The notes beneath the pieces were generated by a model. That model saw only the letters and a list, made by a program, of their open reading frames with translations, had not been told where the DNA came from and did not search any database. DNA of 64,000 nucleotides from a virus, in the IMG/VR virus record IMGVR_UViG_3300028844_005639. One strand, written 5' to 3'. Of this stretch, positions 26,605 through 35,109 are shown one piece after another; within the stretch, counting starts at the first letter, position 1, and every line of letters starts with the position of its first letter. The translations under genes were made by a program, and so were the position numbers.

Positions 26605-27338
26605 TTTATTACTTGGTTATTGTTACGTGTTAAAATCTCGTTAATCTCTTCGAAGTGTGGACAGTCCCAGAATTCGTCAGCAAATGCAGATTGCATAGGC
26701 TCATGAAATTCAAGCACATGGTGAAACTCACGCATTCGATCCGTTATATAGGATTGCGCATGTTTCCCCCAAGCACAGAAAATTACTCCAGAGCTATTTT
26801 CTGTAATGGCTTGTAGGACTTTTTTAGTCCACGGTGCCCACAACTTTAAGTGGGCACTATGGTTTTCTCTTCTAGCGGTCAACGCTGTATTCAGGAGCAA
26901 AACTCCTTGATCCGCCCAATGGGCTAGGTCGTAGTAAGCAAAAAACAATGGAGATTTTTTCCATTCATCTTTTTCTATATGGTCTACGCACTCTTCAATT
27001 TTACGAAGTGGGTAGCTCACAGGTTTTATATCATTGATGTCATCGTTGATCATACCGTAAGCTAATCCGTTAGCAGTGCCATTTCTCAAAGGTTCTCTTC
27101 CTAGGATGACTACGCGTAAGTCTTTCCAAGGTGTAGCTTGAAAAGCATTAAACACGAGGTCACGGCTAGGAACAGTCATTCCTGTCGAGTATTCATTAGT
27201 AACGATTTCCATCAAATTACTAAGTCCTTTCGACTTTAGAGTGTCTGCGAGAAGATCGGTCCAGTCTTTACCCAGCCGCTTTTCCCAGAACTCCTTTTTT
27301 TGCCATGGCTTCTTCATGATTACTTCGTATTTTCTCAA
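26598..27338 (-). CDS. family-1 uracil-DNA glycosylase (UNG) homolog with altered active-site motifs
   Basis: FNAF...[23 protein letters not shown] aligns with UNG [41 protein letters not shown] aligns with [31 protein letters not shown] aligns with GVVFLLWGSHAQ. HEPMQSA aligns with HPSPLSA. The start may instead be MKKPWQ (27317). Confidence 0.75.
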   Translation of the reverse strand: [246 protein letters not shown]

Positions 27339-27960
27339 ACGAATCTATGAGATGTTCTTCCCATTTCATCACCTGAGCAGTGTTTAATAACTCCTTCTTT
27401 TTATAGGGTTTTTCCCATATCTCTGCACCTTGTAAATCCACTGGACTCATAGGTGAAGAGAATCGTTTTTCCTGTGCTTTTCGAAGTATGGGATCCTGTC
27501 TAAAGATTCTCTGAATGAGTTTCTCACCAGATTGGTCTCGTTGATGGAGCTTACCATTATAAAGCACGTTTTCAATGCAAAGGTTTTTGGCCCTAACATC
27601 GTACTTAGAATAATGGCCTCGCTTAAATAGTTCGACTTCAGAGGCAAACTCTTCAGGCACTTGGAAGATATACATTCCAAGTTTGCCTGAACAGATGTCT
27701 GATTCTCCTATAAATGTATCTAGCGAAGTTACCATCTCCACAAAGCGTTCGTAAGTTAAACCTCGGCGTTTTTGCTGATGGTTGTAAACTACAAGGACTA
27801 TGTGATTCCCTTCTATATCCGGAGCCATGTCGGTTCCAAGATACGCATTGACAAATCGATCTCTAATAATGGCCCCTTGAACGCCGACTAACGGCGCTAA
27901 AAAGTAGGCAGCTTTAGTGATAGGATTTATCTCCTTCGGTAACTTAATGAATTTTGACAT
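27268..27960 (-). CDS. hypothetical protein (230 aa)
   Basis: Long ORF with no motif recognised. Its 3' end overlaps the UNG-like ORF by 50-70 nt. Confidence 0.65.
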   Translation of the reverse strand: MSKFIKLPKEINPITKAAYFLAPLVGVQGAIIRDRFVNAYLGTDMAPDIEGNHIVLVVYNHQQKRRGLTYERFVEMVTSLDTFIGESDICSGKLGMYIFQVPEEFASEVELFKRGHYSKYDVRAKNLCIENVLYNGKLHQRDQSGEKLIQRIFRQDPILRKAQEKRFSSPMSPVDLQGAEIWEKPYKKKELLNTAQVMKWEEHLIDSFEKIRSNHEEAMAKKGVLGKAAG

Positions 27961-27971
27961 TCAGTAATGGT

Positions 27972-28982
27972 TTAAATAGGTAAGAAGTTGTTTTCATAAA
28001 ATTCGAGAGGGTAATCCCAGCTACTAGCTACAGTGTGCCAGTGAAGTCTCTCAAACGCTTGCTTAATTCCTTCATAATTATAGCTTCTCTTTTCAGGAAT
28101 TCCGCCGAACATTCCTATGGTTATACTTTCGTTCGAAAGTTTGTAAGGAATAGGGAGACGGTCTCGTTCTTGTGAAGATGCTACTAAAAAATAAAAGTCA
28201 GTTTGATAATCGTTCCAGCCTAATTCTTTAGCTTTAGCTTCCACCCAATCAGCCATAGCTAATAGGTAAAAACTTCCCTGAAAGTCATACCGGTATTTCC
28301 AAAAGTTTTTGCTAAAATGTAACGGACTGTCCGCAGTAGTTTTAACATCAAAAATTCGTATAACTTTGTTTTCCAGATCGATAGAAACTCCATCTATTTC
28401 TGCCTTACAGAGTATACTCTTGTATTCAAAAGTACGAATAACTTTAGGAAAGTATTGAAATTTACCTGAATTTTCAAAGAAAGTTTTTGTGTATTCTCCG
28501 TACTGCAGGTTGTCCGCAGAATAGCGAGCATTTGCTACCATTTCTGCCGTAACTTCTACCTTACCTTTACCGTCAATTAGACTACGATAATAATCATCGT
28601 ATTCTTTCACTTTCTTTAAAAGTGTTTCTGGTTTGTAAGACTGGCCATAACTTACTGCTGCAGAAATTTCTACAATAGCGTCATGACATTCGTCTAGGTC
28701 ATAAACCGGTTCTGGTAGAGAAGCTAGCGTATCAAGTACTTGACGTACTCCGCTATTTTCCGTCGGTTTCTTTCCTTCGAAGGTATAGTAGGTTTTGGAA
28801 AACGCACTAGGGTCCGTTAAAAAGCAATCGACTAAACTGCCGAAATCAAAGTAATCCTTTCTTTCGTTTAAAGGAGTTTCCACGGCTATTTTGTATCTGG
28901 CCGGGTCGGATAATATCAGTTTTAAAGTCGATTGATTTTTCGCTTCGATCGATCTGTATTCTGGCTCTTGATTTTCGTTCAT
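27972..28982 (-). CDS. PD-(D/E)XK-family nuclease (RecB/Cas4/exonuclease-like) candidate
   Basis: EIDGVSIDLENKVIRIFDVKTTADS ... YDFQGSFY fits the D...(D/E)xK...QxxxY pattern. Confidence 0.55.
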   Translation of the reverse strand: MNENQEPEYRSIEAKNQSTLKLILSDPARYKIAVETPLNERKDYFDFGSLVDCFLTDPSAFSKTYYTFEGKKPTENSGVRQVLDTLASLPEPVYDLDECHDAIVEISAAVSYGQSYKPETLLKKVKEYDDYYRSLIDGKGKVEVTAEMVANARYSADNLQYGEYTKTFFENSGKFQYFPKVIRTFEYKSILCKAEIDGVSIDLENKVIRIFDVKTTADSPLHFSKNFWKYRYDFQGSFYLLAMADWVEAKAKELGWNDYQTDFYFLVASSQERDRLPIPYKLSNESITIGMFGGIPEKRSYNYEGIKQAFERLHWHTVASSWDYPLEFYENNFLPI

Positions 28983-29079
28983 CTTCTTCTCTCATTTTGC
29001 GAACTATTTCGCGTGCTTCTTCGTCTGAACCACCGTAATCTCCGGTGACCAGCTCGAGGTAAGTTTTTGTATAGCTCAT
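28846..29079 (-). CDS. small hypothetical protein (77 aa); its 3' 137 nt overlap the next gene out of frame
   Basis: Starts 2 nt after the stop of the RusA-like gene. The first ~32 aa (MSYTKTYLELVTGDYGGSDEEAREIVRKMREE) look protein-like. The remainder overlaps the start of the nuclease gene. Confidence 0.3.
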   Translation of the reverse strand: MSYTKTYLELVTGDYGGSDEEAREIVRKMREEDERKSRARIQIDRSEKSIDFKTDIIRPGQIQNSRGNSFKRKKGLL

Positions 29080-29080
29080 G

Positions 29081-29575
29081 TTAAAAAGGTGTTATGCAGC
29101 AGCGGATTTCTCTATCTTCAAAATCCTTGCACTCTTCCCAGTGGTATCCCACTTCTTGGACGTATGACACATTATCATCCGGGAGTATACCTTGTTCGAC
29201 AATTAAGTCGTTTAAGATTTTAACCCAAATAGCTGCTAAATTGTCAATATCCCAAGTAGGTTGATAGCCTTTCTTAGGCTTAGTCCACTTAATAGCTCCG
29301 CCACGAAACGATACTGCTTTCCAATTAATGGGAGCGACTATCGTGTAATGGATCTTGACCGGATATTTACTCATCGATACTTGTCCTGGTATATAAGGTC
29401 TAGCAAACTCTTTGATGCTGTTCTTCAGATTGCTACGAATTATGCGGTGCATACCGCTGTACATAGCGTTAAATCCTATCTTCAACATTTTAAGCCTAGA
29501 CTGAGGGACGTGACTTATAAATTCTGGTATTGTGAACTCAAGTTTCTGCTGCTGTTTCATAGAGAGAGTACTCAA
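29081..29575 (-). CDS. RusA-like Holliday-junction resolvase
   Basis: TWDIDNLAAIWVKILNDLIVEQGILPDDNVSYV aligns with E. coli RusA [28 protein letters not shown]. Confidence 0.6.
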   Translation of the reverse strand: MSTLSMKQQQKLEFTIPEFISHVPQSRLKMLKIGFNAMYSGMHRIIRSNLKNSIKEFARPYIPGQVSMSKYPVKIHYTIVAPINWKAVSFRGGAIKWTKPKKGYQPTWDIDNLAAIWVKILNDLIVEQGILPDDNVSYVQEVGYHWEECKDFEDREIRCCITPF

Positions 29576-29605
29576 AGATACTCCCTCTTTTAAAACTACA
29601 GTAAT

Positions 29606-30898
29606 TTAAAGAACGACTGTTCTCATTTTAATTGCCCTTCGCATCGTACCAAGTACTTCACCCATCTCTCTAACGAGCTGAGCATCAAGCTCATAATTGT
29701 GAAGTTTGATACGTTGTCCTTGACTCTTTTCTTTGTACTCGGTGATCAGATTTTTTAAGTTATCTGCCGAATAGTTAGCATAATCAATAGCATATGAACC
29801 AGGTGAAAAAGGAATAATTTCCCCGTTTTCATCTGTTTCTACGAGTCCAAAAGGTAAATACTCGCAGCATCTAAATTTAGTGTTATCATACTCAGGTACG
29901 GCTACTACGTTCATAGGGTTCACAAGTACGTAAATAGCTACTCCTCCATATCGGAGATTGTACTTTTTACTCATAACATGTAATCCCGTTGAACACGGTG
30001 CATTAGACTCCTCATCACAAGATTCCCGTGGCATATAAACCGGATGTCCGATTCTGATACTCATAGTCCTTGTGTGGTGGTCTGTGTACACTGTGGCTTT
30101 CTTTTTCTGGTTAGCTAAATCTGGGCCGGTAAATTGGCCATAGATTTGTCCTAATGAGGCAACGGTTTGCCAGTATTTATCTTCAGCTACAGTGATTCCT
30201 TTCTGATACAACGATCGATACTCATCACTTCCGTCAGTGTGCTTATTCACTTGCACTACGTAATCGAATAATGAATGAGGTGTATCTTTCTGCACTCGAG
30301 CGCATTCCGACATAATGAATTGTTCCAGCGTGCGGTCTTCTTCAGAACTTTGATTCTTGATATCAACACAGCGTTGGGCTATGATCATTCCGGAATCAGT
30401 AATTGAAAATTCTCCAGTAGACAGCCATTTAAACAGGTCAGCTCTAGATATGTCGTTAGGATTCAACATACACCATTGCCAGAAATTCAAGATGGCATTT
30501 AAAGAGTACTTAGATTCAGAATTGTTGTGTGCGTCTAAAACAGCATCACATACAGCCGCTGGTACTGGTACCGGATAATTGTCAAAGAAAGGAAGCCCGT
30601 CTCTACCAAGTACAAAACGAGTAGTAACTTTCAGCAAATCCATAGACTTTGCTTCGCGTTCTTCTCGAGTCCAAACTACCGGAGCATAGTGCTCCAGTAA
30701 TTCTTCTTCTACTTTTTGATTCTTAGGCTTAATCGCATTAATGAAATCTTGGTAAGTGCATTCATGATCTTCGTTCATAGCGTCATTCGCCAGAGTTACA
30801 AAGTCATCAAACTGCTCTTCAGAGATCTTATTAACTTGCAATACTTGTCCATCTACCACAAAAGTTGCGATAGAGTTTATCAATTTACATTTAATCAT
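29606..30898 (-). CDS. hypothetical protein (430 aa); possible partner of the upstream GHKL ATPase
   Basis: 4-nt overlap with the GHKL ATPase gene. No motif recognised. Confidence 0.65.
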   Translation of the reverse strand: MIKCKLINSIATFVVDGQVLQVNKISEEQFDDFVTLANDAMNEDHECTYQDFINAIKPKNQKVEEELLEHYAPVVWTREEREAKSMDLLKVTTRFVLGRDGLPFFDNYPVPVPAAVCDAVLDAHNNSESKYSLNAILNFWQWCMLNPNDISRADLFKWLSTGEFSITDSGMIIAQRCVDIKNQSSEEDRTLEQFIMSECARVQKDTPHSLFDYVVQVNKHTDGSDEYRSLYQKGITVAEDKYWQTVASLGQIYGQFTGPDLANQKKKATVYTDHHTRTMSIRIGHPVYMPRESCDEESNAPCSTGLHVMSKKYNLRYGGVAIYVLVNPMNVVAVPEYDNTKFRCCEYLPFGLVETDENGEIIPFSPGSYAIDYANYSADNLKNLITEYKEKSQGQRIKLHNYELDAQLVREMGEVLGTMRRAIKMRTVVL

Positions 30899-33414
30899 TT
30901 TTTTAGTATAAGCACACGCTTTTTAAGCGCGGGGTCGTTAAAATTATGAAGCTCTGAATGTAGGGCATCCAAAGTTTCGTTACAATTTCTCTCAATTCTT
31001 AGGCCATTACGGTAGGTAAAGTGACCACTATCGATGTCTTTTTGCAGCTGCTCGATATCATCAATAACCATTTTAGCCACTTCTTCTGTTTCAGGTTCAA
31101 ACTTAGTGTAGAATCTGGAATGCAGTCTAATCTTAACTGCTTTTGCATATTCTACTTTTAAGTAAGTCGGAGTATGGGACATTAAGTAAGCGACTAAACC
31201 TATTTTTCGATAATAAGTTTCGAGAGTATCCACCAATGATTCGAATTCCTCTTCGTACGAGTGTCCGGCTTTGTGGTACAATCGATGTAGCTCTTCTAAA
31301 AACGGTTCCCAATCACTTGACATCCTTCTTTTCACTTTTTTGTCCCAATACCTTAGACGTTGAAAAGCTTCCGTAATATGTTCCGGCACCATGTTTCCAT
31401 AAAGATCCATCATCTCTTGGTATTTATTGCTAGCTGCAGCAATCGCGTCTCCGTGCTTTACCGTAAAGTACAAGCGCGAAAGTTGTTTGTATTCAGTGCT
31501 CATATAATCTTCAATTGATATAGCGTTAGGAATAAGTGCCATAACCTTCTTGTTTGTTTGAGAAACTGTATAGATGGCTACATTGCGTTTATAATGCATT
31601 TCAGACGTATTTTGAGGGATATCAAACGTGTATCGAAAAAATGCAAGACCTGCTAATAGATCTAACTCTTTACGAGTACCATAAATTACCTTTTGAGTTT
31701 TCGAAATGAGAGCAGGCTTTAGATTAACGCTATTAGTACGTTTTTCATAGGTAGTGCATCCACCATCATTTCGAACTTGTAAAGTGAACACACCCGCAGG
31801 TACTTCATCCTCTGTTCTAATGTATCCCGGAAGCTTTGAACTAGCTTTATAAGCGTCAATCCAATCATCGGTTACAGTAAAACTTTTGTATGAGTGAGAG
31901 TGTGCCTTTAAAAACTCTCTAACGTAGCCTTCCATTTGTTGGATTAACTTAGTTATTCGAGCTTCCCAGGCTGCTTTAGTCTCTGCAAGATTGTCTCGAT
32001 AAATGACAATGTTTAACAAAGCCAACCAGTGCTCAAAAGGATATTTCTTGTACTGGTAAGTGTAAAATTTATTTCTATTGAAACTAGGCTTTAACCAATC
32101 TTCAATAATAAAAGCGGTTTTAAACTTATCGTGATCTTTGTCATTAGCGATTCGAAATAATGGGGTTCTTTTATCATCTATTTCAGAATTGTACCCGAAC
32201 CAGTTTGGGTAGCCACTAGAATTAGCCTTCCCTAAGTACGAATTTTTAGCTAACTTTTTCGTTGTCTTTAGACTACATTCTTTACGAACATCAACAAAGT
32301 TTCTAGAAAACCATTTATGATCTTGATACCATTTTTCTAACTCAGTGCCTTTAAAAGGTTTAAATGAAGTAGCACGGTAACTTAAAACAGGAGATATACT
32401 ATTGTGATCCTCATTTAAGTCTAGTTTAACCTCATCAGTAAAGTTTAAATAACGCTTAACCTCGTTGTTAGACTCGATATACTCTACAAAATCGTCCGTG
32501 TAATCTGTTTGTTTATCGTAACGACTTTGTAACTCTTTTATAGCTAGTTCAATCTTATCATTAAGCACTTCTACAGAGCCTCTTGAGTATTCGATGTCTT
32601 CTCGAGAAGGTGTAGGAATAAGCTCCCCAATACTAAACTTTAAAGCTACCGGAATATTGATCCGCGGTATACTTAATTCTGCCCACGAAATAGGATAAGC
32701 TACATGTCCTAAACAGATATGCATCTCATCAAAAGGTTGGGCCCCTGTTCTGTAAGTAAAGTGGTTACCTTCGATCAGTTGGAAATCATTCTCCAAAGCT
32801 TGACCTTCGAAGTATATGTTGGGAAAGTAAGCTAATTGTTTCAAGCACTCTTCCTCGAACTTTCGTTTGTCGTAAGAGTCTTTAATCAGTCCTCTAATCC
32901 TAGTACCGTTTCTTTTATCGGTAGGTTGTTCATAGAGTTTCTCACCTGCTGGAATACCGTCAGCTTGTTTAGACATAATCCAAGCAGACTCTATACCATC
33001 ATGGCGGGAGCGGATTTCAAAAGAATCAGTGTAGGATAGAAACGACTTAGCACCTAGTCCGAACCCTCCTATTAAGGCATTCGTCTGGTCTTTAGTAGTA
33101 CTACCGTAGTTAAAGTAGATGTTGTTAAGACGTTCAGAACTAAGTCCTACACCAAAATCTTCAAACTCTACGAAATAACCTTCGTCTGAGTCTACGATAC
33201 GTACAGTGATAGGCTCGCCGTCGTTACCGGCTTCCACAGTAGCATCCCAGGCGTTTGAAGAATATTCTCGAACGATAGATCCTATAGGATTTTTGTACAG
33301 ATTACTCAGAATCGTGTACATTTTAGACAAGTTAGCAGCATCGATTGTACTTTGTACTTTTTCGAATGTTTCTCCTTTGACTAAGTTTCTTGTTTTATCT
33401 TCTGCAAATTTCAT
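30895..33414 (-). CDS. GHKL (HSP90/MutL/histidine-kinase-like) ATPase-domain protein, rIIA-like candidate
   Basis: N box VREYSSNAWDA, G1 box EDFGVGLS, G2 box LIGGFGLGAKS in the first ~130 aa of an 839-aa protein. Confidence 0.6.
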   Translation of the reverse strand: MKFAEDKTRNLVKGETFEKVQSTIDAANLSKMYTILSNLYKNPIGSIVREYSSNAWDATVEAGNDGEPITVRIVDSDEGYFVEFEDFGVGLSSERLNNIYFNYGSTTKDQTNALIGGFGLGAKSFLSYTDSFEIRSRHDGIESAWIMSKQADGIPAGEKLYEQPTDKRNGTRIRGLIKDSYDKRKFEEECLKQLAYFPNIYFEGQALENDFQLIEGNHFTYRTGAQPFDEMHICLGHVAYPISWAELSIPRINIPVALKFSIGELIPTPSREDIEYSRGSVEVLNDKIELAIKELQSRYDKQTDYTDDFVEYIESNNEVKRYLNFTDEVKLDLNEDHNSISPVLSYRATSFKPFKGTELEKWYQDHKWFSRNFVDVRKECSLKTTKKLAKNSYLGKANSSGYPNWFGYNSEIDDKRTPLFRIANDKDHDKFKTAFIIEDWLKPSFNRNKFYTYQYKKYPFEHWLALLNIVIYRDNLAETKAAWEARITKLIQQMEGYVREFLKAHSHSYKSFTVTDDWIDAYKASSKLPGYIRTEDEVPAGVFTLQVRNDGGCTTYEKRTNSVNLKPALISKTQKVIYGTRKELDLLAGLAFFRYTFDIPQNTSEMHYKRNVAIYTVSQTNKKVMALIPNAISIEDYMSTEYKQLSRLYFTVKHGDAIAAASNKYQEMMDLYGNMVPEHITEAFQRLRYWDKKVKRRMSSDWEPFLEELHRLYHKAGHSYEEEFESLVDTLETYYRKIGLVAYLMSHTPTYLKVEYAKAVKIRLHSRFYTKFEPETEEVAKMVIDDIEQLQKDIDSGHFTYRNGLRIERNCNETLDALHSELHNFNDPALKKRVLILKK

Positions 33415-34436
33415 GGGATAAGAATAGTATTTAGGTAAGATTCGGTGTAAGCTTGACCTTTATAGCGTCGCATGTCGGATACATCCTTCACATTTTCGTT
33501 TGCTTCCGTTATAAAGAAGTAATCAAGGTCATATTGTTCTGATAGTTTTTCCGTATTAACACGTCCAGCAGGGTCATCGTCGTACAAGAGAACGACTTTT
33601 TCGAATCTTTCTTTGTATTCGTGCATTACGGGATCGTTGATGGGGATGCTCTCCGCTTGGGGAGCTATTGATGGATACCCTAGTTCGTAGAGCGTCATCA
33701 CATCTTTTAAGGATTTCGTAATAACTAAGAGTTGTCCGGTATCGGGAAGCATGCTGTATCCCTGATGAACCTTCCAGTCCGCGTTGTTGATGAATTTCCC
33801 TTGATTCCTCTGCCGGTTTGGCTGATAAATCTTGAAGCTCACGCGCCCATCTTTGAATTCTTTGTAAGCGTATGCTAATGAATCGCATTTTTGAATGTTT
33901 CCGTTAAAGAACACATAGCTAATAGGAGACACATTAAACGCTTCTAACGTCTTTTTGTGGACTCCGTAGCTAGACCAGTACTCTTTATCTCCTAACGACC
34001 ATGAGCGGCGTTTAATGGAGATTTCTACTAAAGAAGTGTTTTTGTCGTAATCTTTCTGTTCTGGGATGTTAACAACCGTAGGTATGTTTCCTATAGGTTG
34101 GTACTCCAGATGATTAAGTTGAAAGTCTGTACAAATTTTACGGATAGCGTCAAAATACTTGATAAATCCGAATAAGTGTTGCACTAAATTAAAGCAGTCT
34201 CCCTTTTCTCCAGTAGCGAAGTCTTTGTACATCAACTTTCCGTTGTTAGAACCATAGAATACGTTGAATGAAGGGATGCTGTCTTTACGTAACGGGCTGT
34301 TAAAAGCTTTACGTAGAGGAAAATCGCCGAGATAGTGTCTGAATATCTGGTAATCATCAATCGATTCTAAGATAAGTTCTCTACTGGCAAGTGGTTTTAA
34401 GTCATAGGTCTGACTATTAAGGTCAATTTCTTCCAT
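33411..34436 (-). CDS. DnaG-like primase homolog (zinc-binding-domain-like N-terminus without Cys/His ligands, plus TOPRIM-like domain)
   Basis: SPLRKDSIPSFNV...YKDFATGEKGDCFNLV aligns with DnaG CPFHNEKTPSFTV...YHCFGCGAHGNAIDFL. LLVITKSLKDVMTL aligns with the TOPRIM VEGYMDV. VVLLYDDDPAGR is the DxD motif. Confidence 0.55.
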   Translation of the reverse strand: MEEIDLNSQTYDLKPLASRELILESIDDYQIFRHYLGDFPLRKAFNSPLRKDSIPSFNVFYGSNNGKLMYKDFATGEKGDCFNLVQHLFGFIKYFDAIRKICTDFQLNHLEYQPIGNIPTVVNIPEQKDYDKNTSLVEISIKRRSWSLGDKEYWSSYGVHKKTLEAFNVSPISYVFFNGNIQKCDSLAYAYKEFKDGRVSFKIYQPNRQRNQGKFINNADWKVHQGYSMLPDTGQLLVITKSLKDVMTLYELGYPSIAPQAESIPINDPVMHEYKERFEKVVLLYDDDPAGRVNTEKLSEQYDLDYFFITEANENVKDVSDMRRYKGQAYTESYLNTILIP

Positions 34437-34484
34437 AGGTTATCAAAAAAAAATGGGGGCCAAATAAATGACCCCCATATGGTT

Positions 34485-35078
34485 CTACCAATCTTTCTCA
34501 TCCGTGGCAGGTGCTTCTGCAACTGCTGTGGATGTTCCAACTTCAGACTCTGAATCGGCTTCGAGTCTAGTCATTCGATCAACGCCTCCTTTAGTAAGTC
34601 GAGACTCACTTGCCGGCACGCTCATCGATTCGATCATAGGTGCGAATCCTCGCACACTAATGTATTTCGAAGGCTTGTTGGTGGTTCCGTAGTTCGTGAA
34701 GATTCTATATGTAGCGCTAGGCTTAAACTCTTTAGAGAGTTTGCCCATAATCTTATCTAGAGCTTCTTCAGTAGTTTCGAACTTTGGCAACTTGGTTCCC
34801 TCTCCAATGATGGCATTTACTAGATGCTTCAATAGCGTAGCTTGTGTCTTCCATTTCTTCGGAGCCCACTCGTTACGATTGATATCTACGTAATAAAAGC
34901 CAAAATTGATTTCTTTGTCGTTAGCGTCTTTAAAGAAGATTTTCCAATCAGGTGTAGAATCATCTGTGGTTTTCTTCTCGATCTTAGAGATCTTAACGTT
35001 TTCAACTGCTCCAGGTTCTCCATCATTGAAGATGGATACTTCCTTCACATCATACTCATTGGAATTTAAATCGATCAT
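34485..35078 (-). CDS. hypothetical protein with an acidic C-terminal tail ending in DW; candidate ssDNA-binding protein
   Basis: Sits in the replication module. The C-terminus is ...SESEVGTSTAVAEAPATDEKDW. Assignment of function is positional and by analogy only. Confidence 0.45.
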   Translation of the reverse strand: MIDLNSNEYDVKEVSIFNDGEPGAVENVKISKIEKKTTDDSTPDWKIFFKDANDKEINFGFYYVDINRNEWAPKKWKTQATLLKHLVNAIIGEGTKLPKFETTEEALDKIMGKLSKEFKPSATYRIFTNYGTTNKPSKYISVRGFAPMIESMSVPASESRLTKGGVDRMTRLEADSESEVGTSTAVAEAPATDEKDW

Positions 35079-35109
35079 GTACTAAAAATTTAAAAGTGTA
35101 AAAAATATG

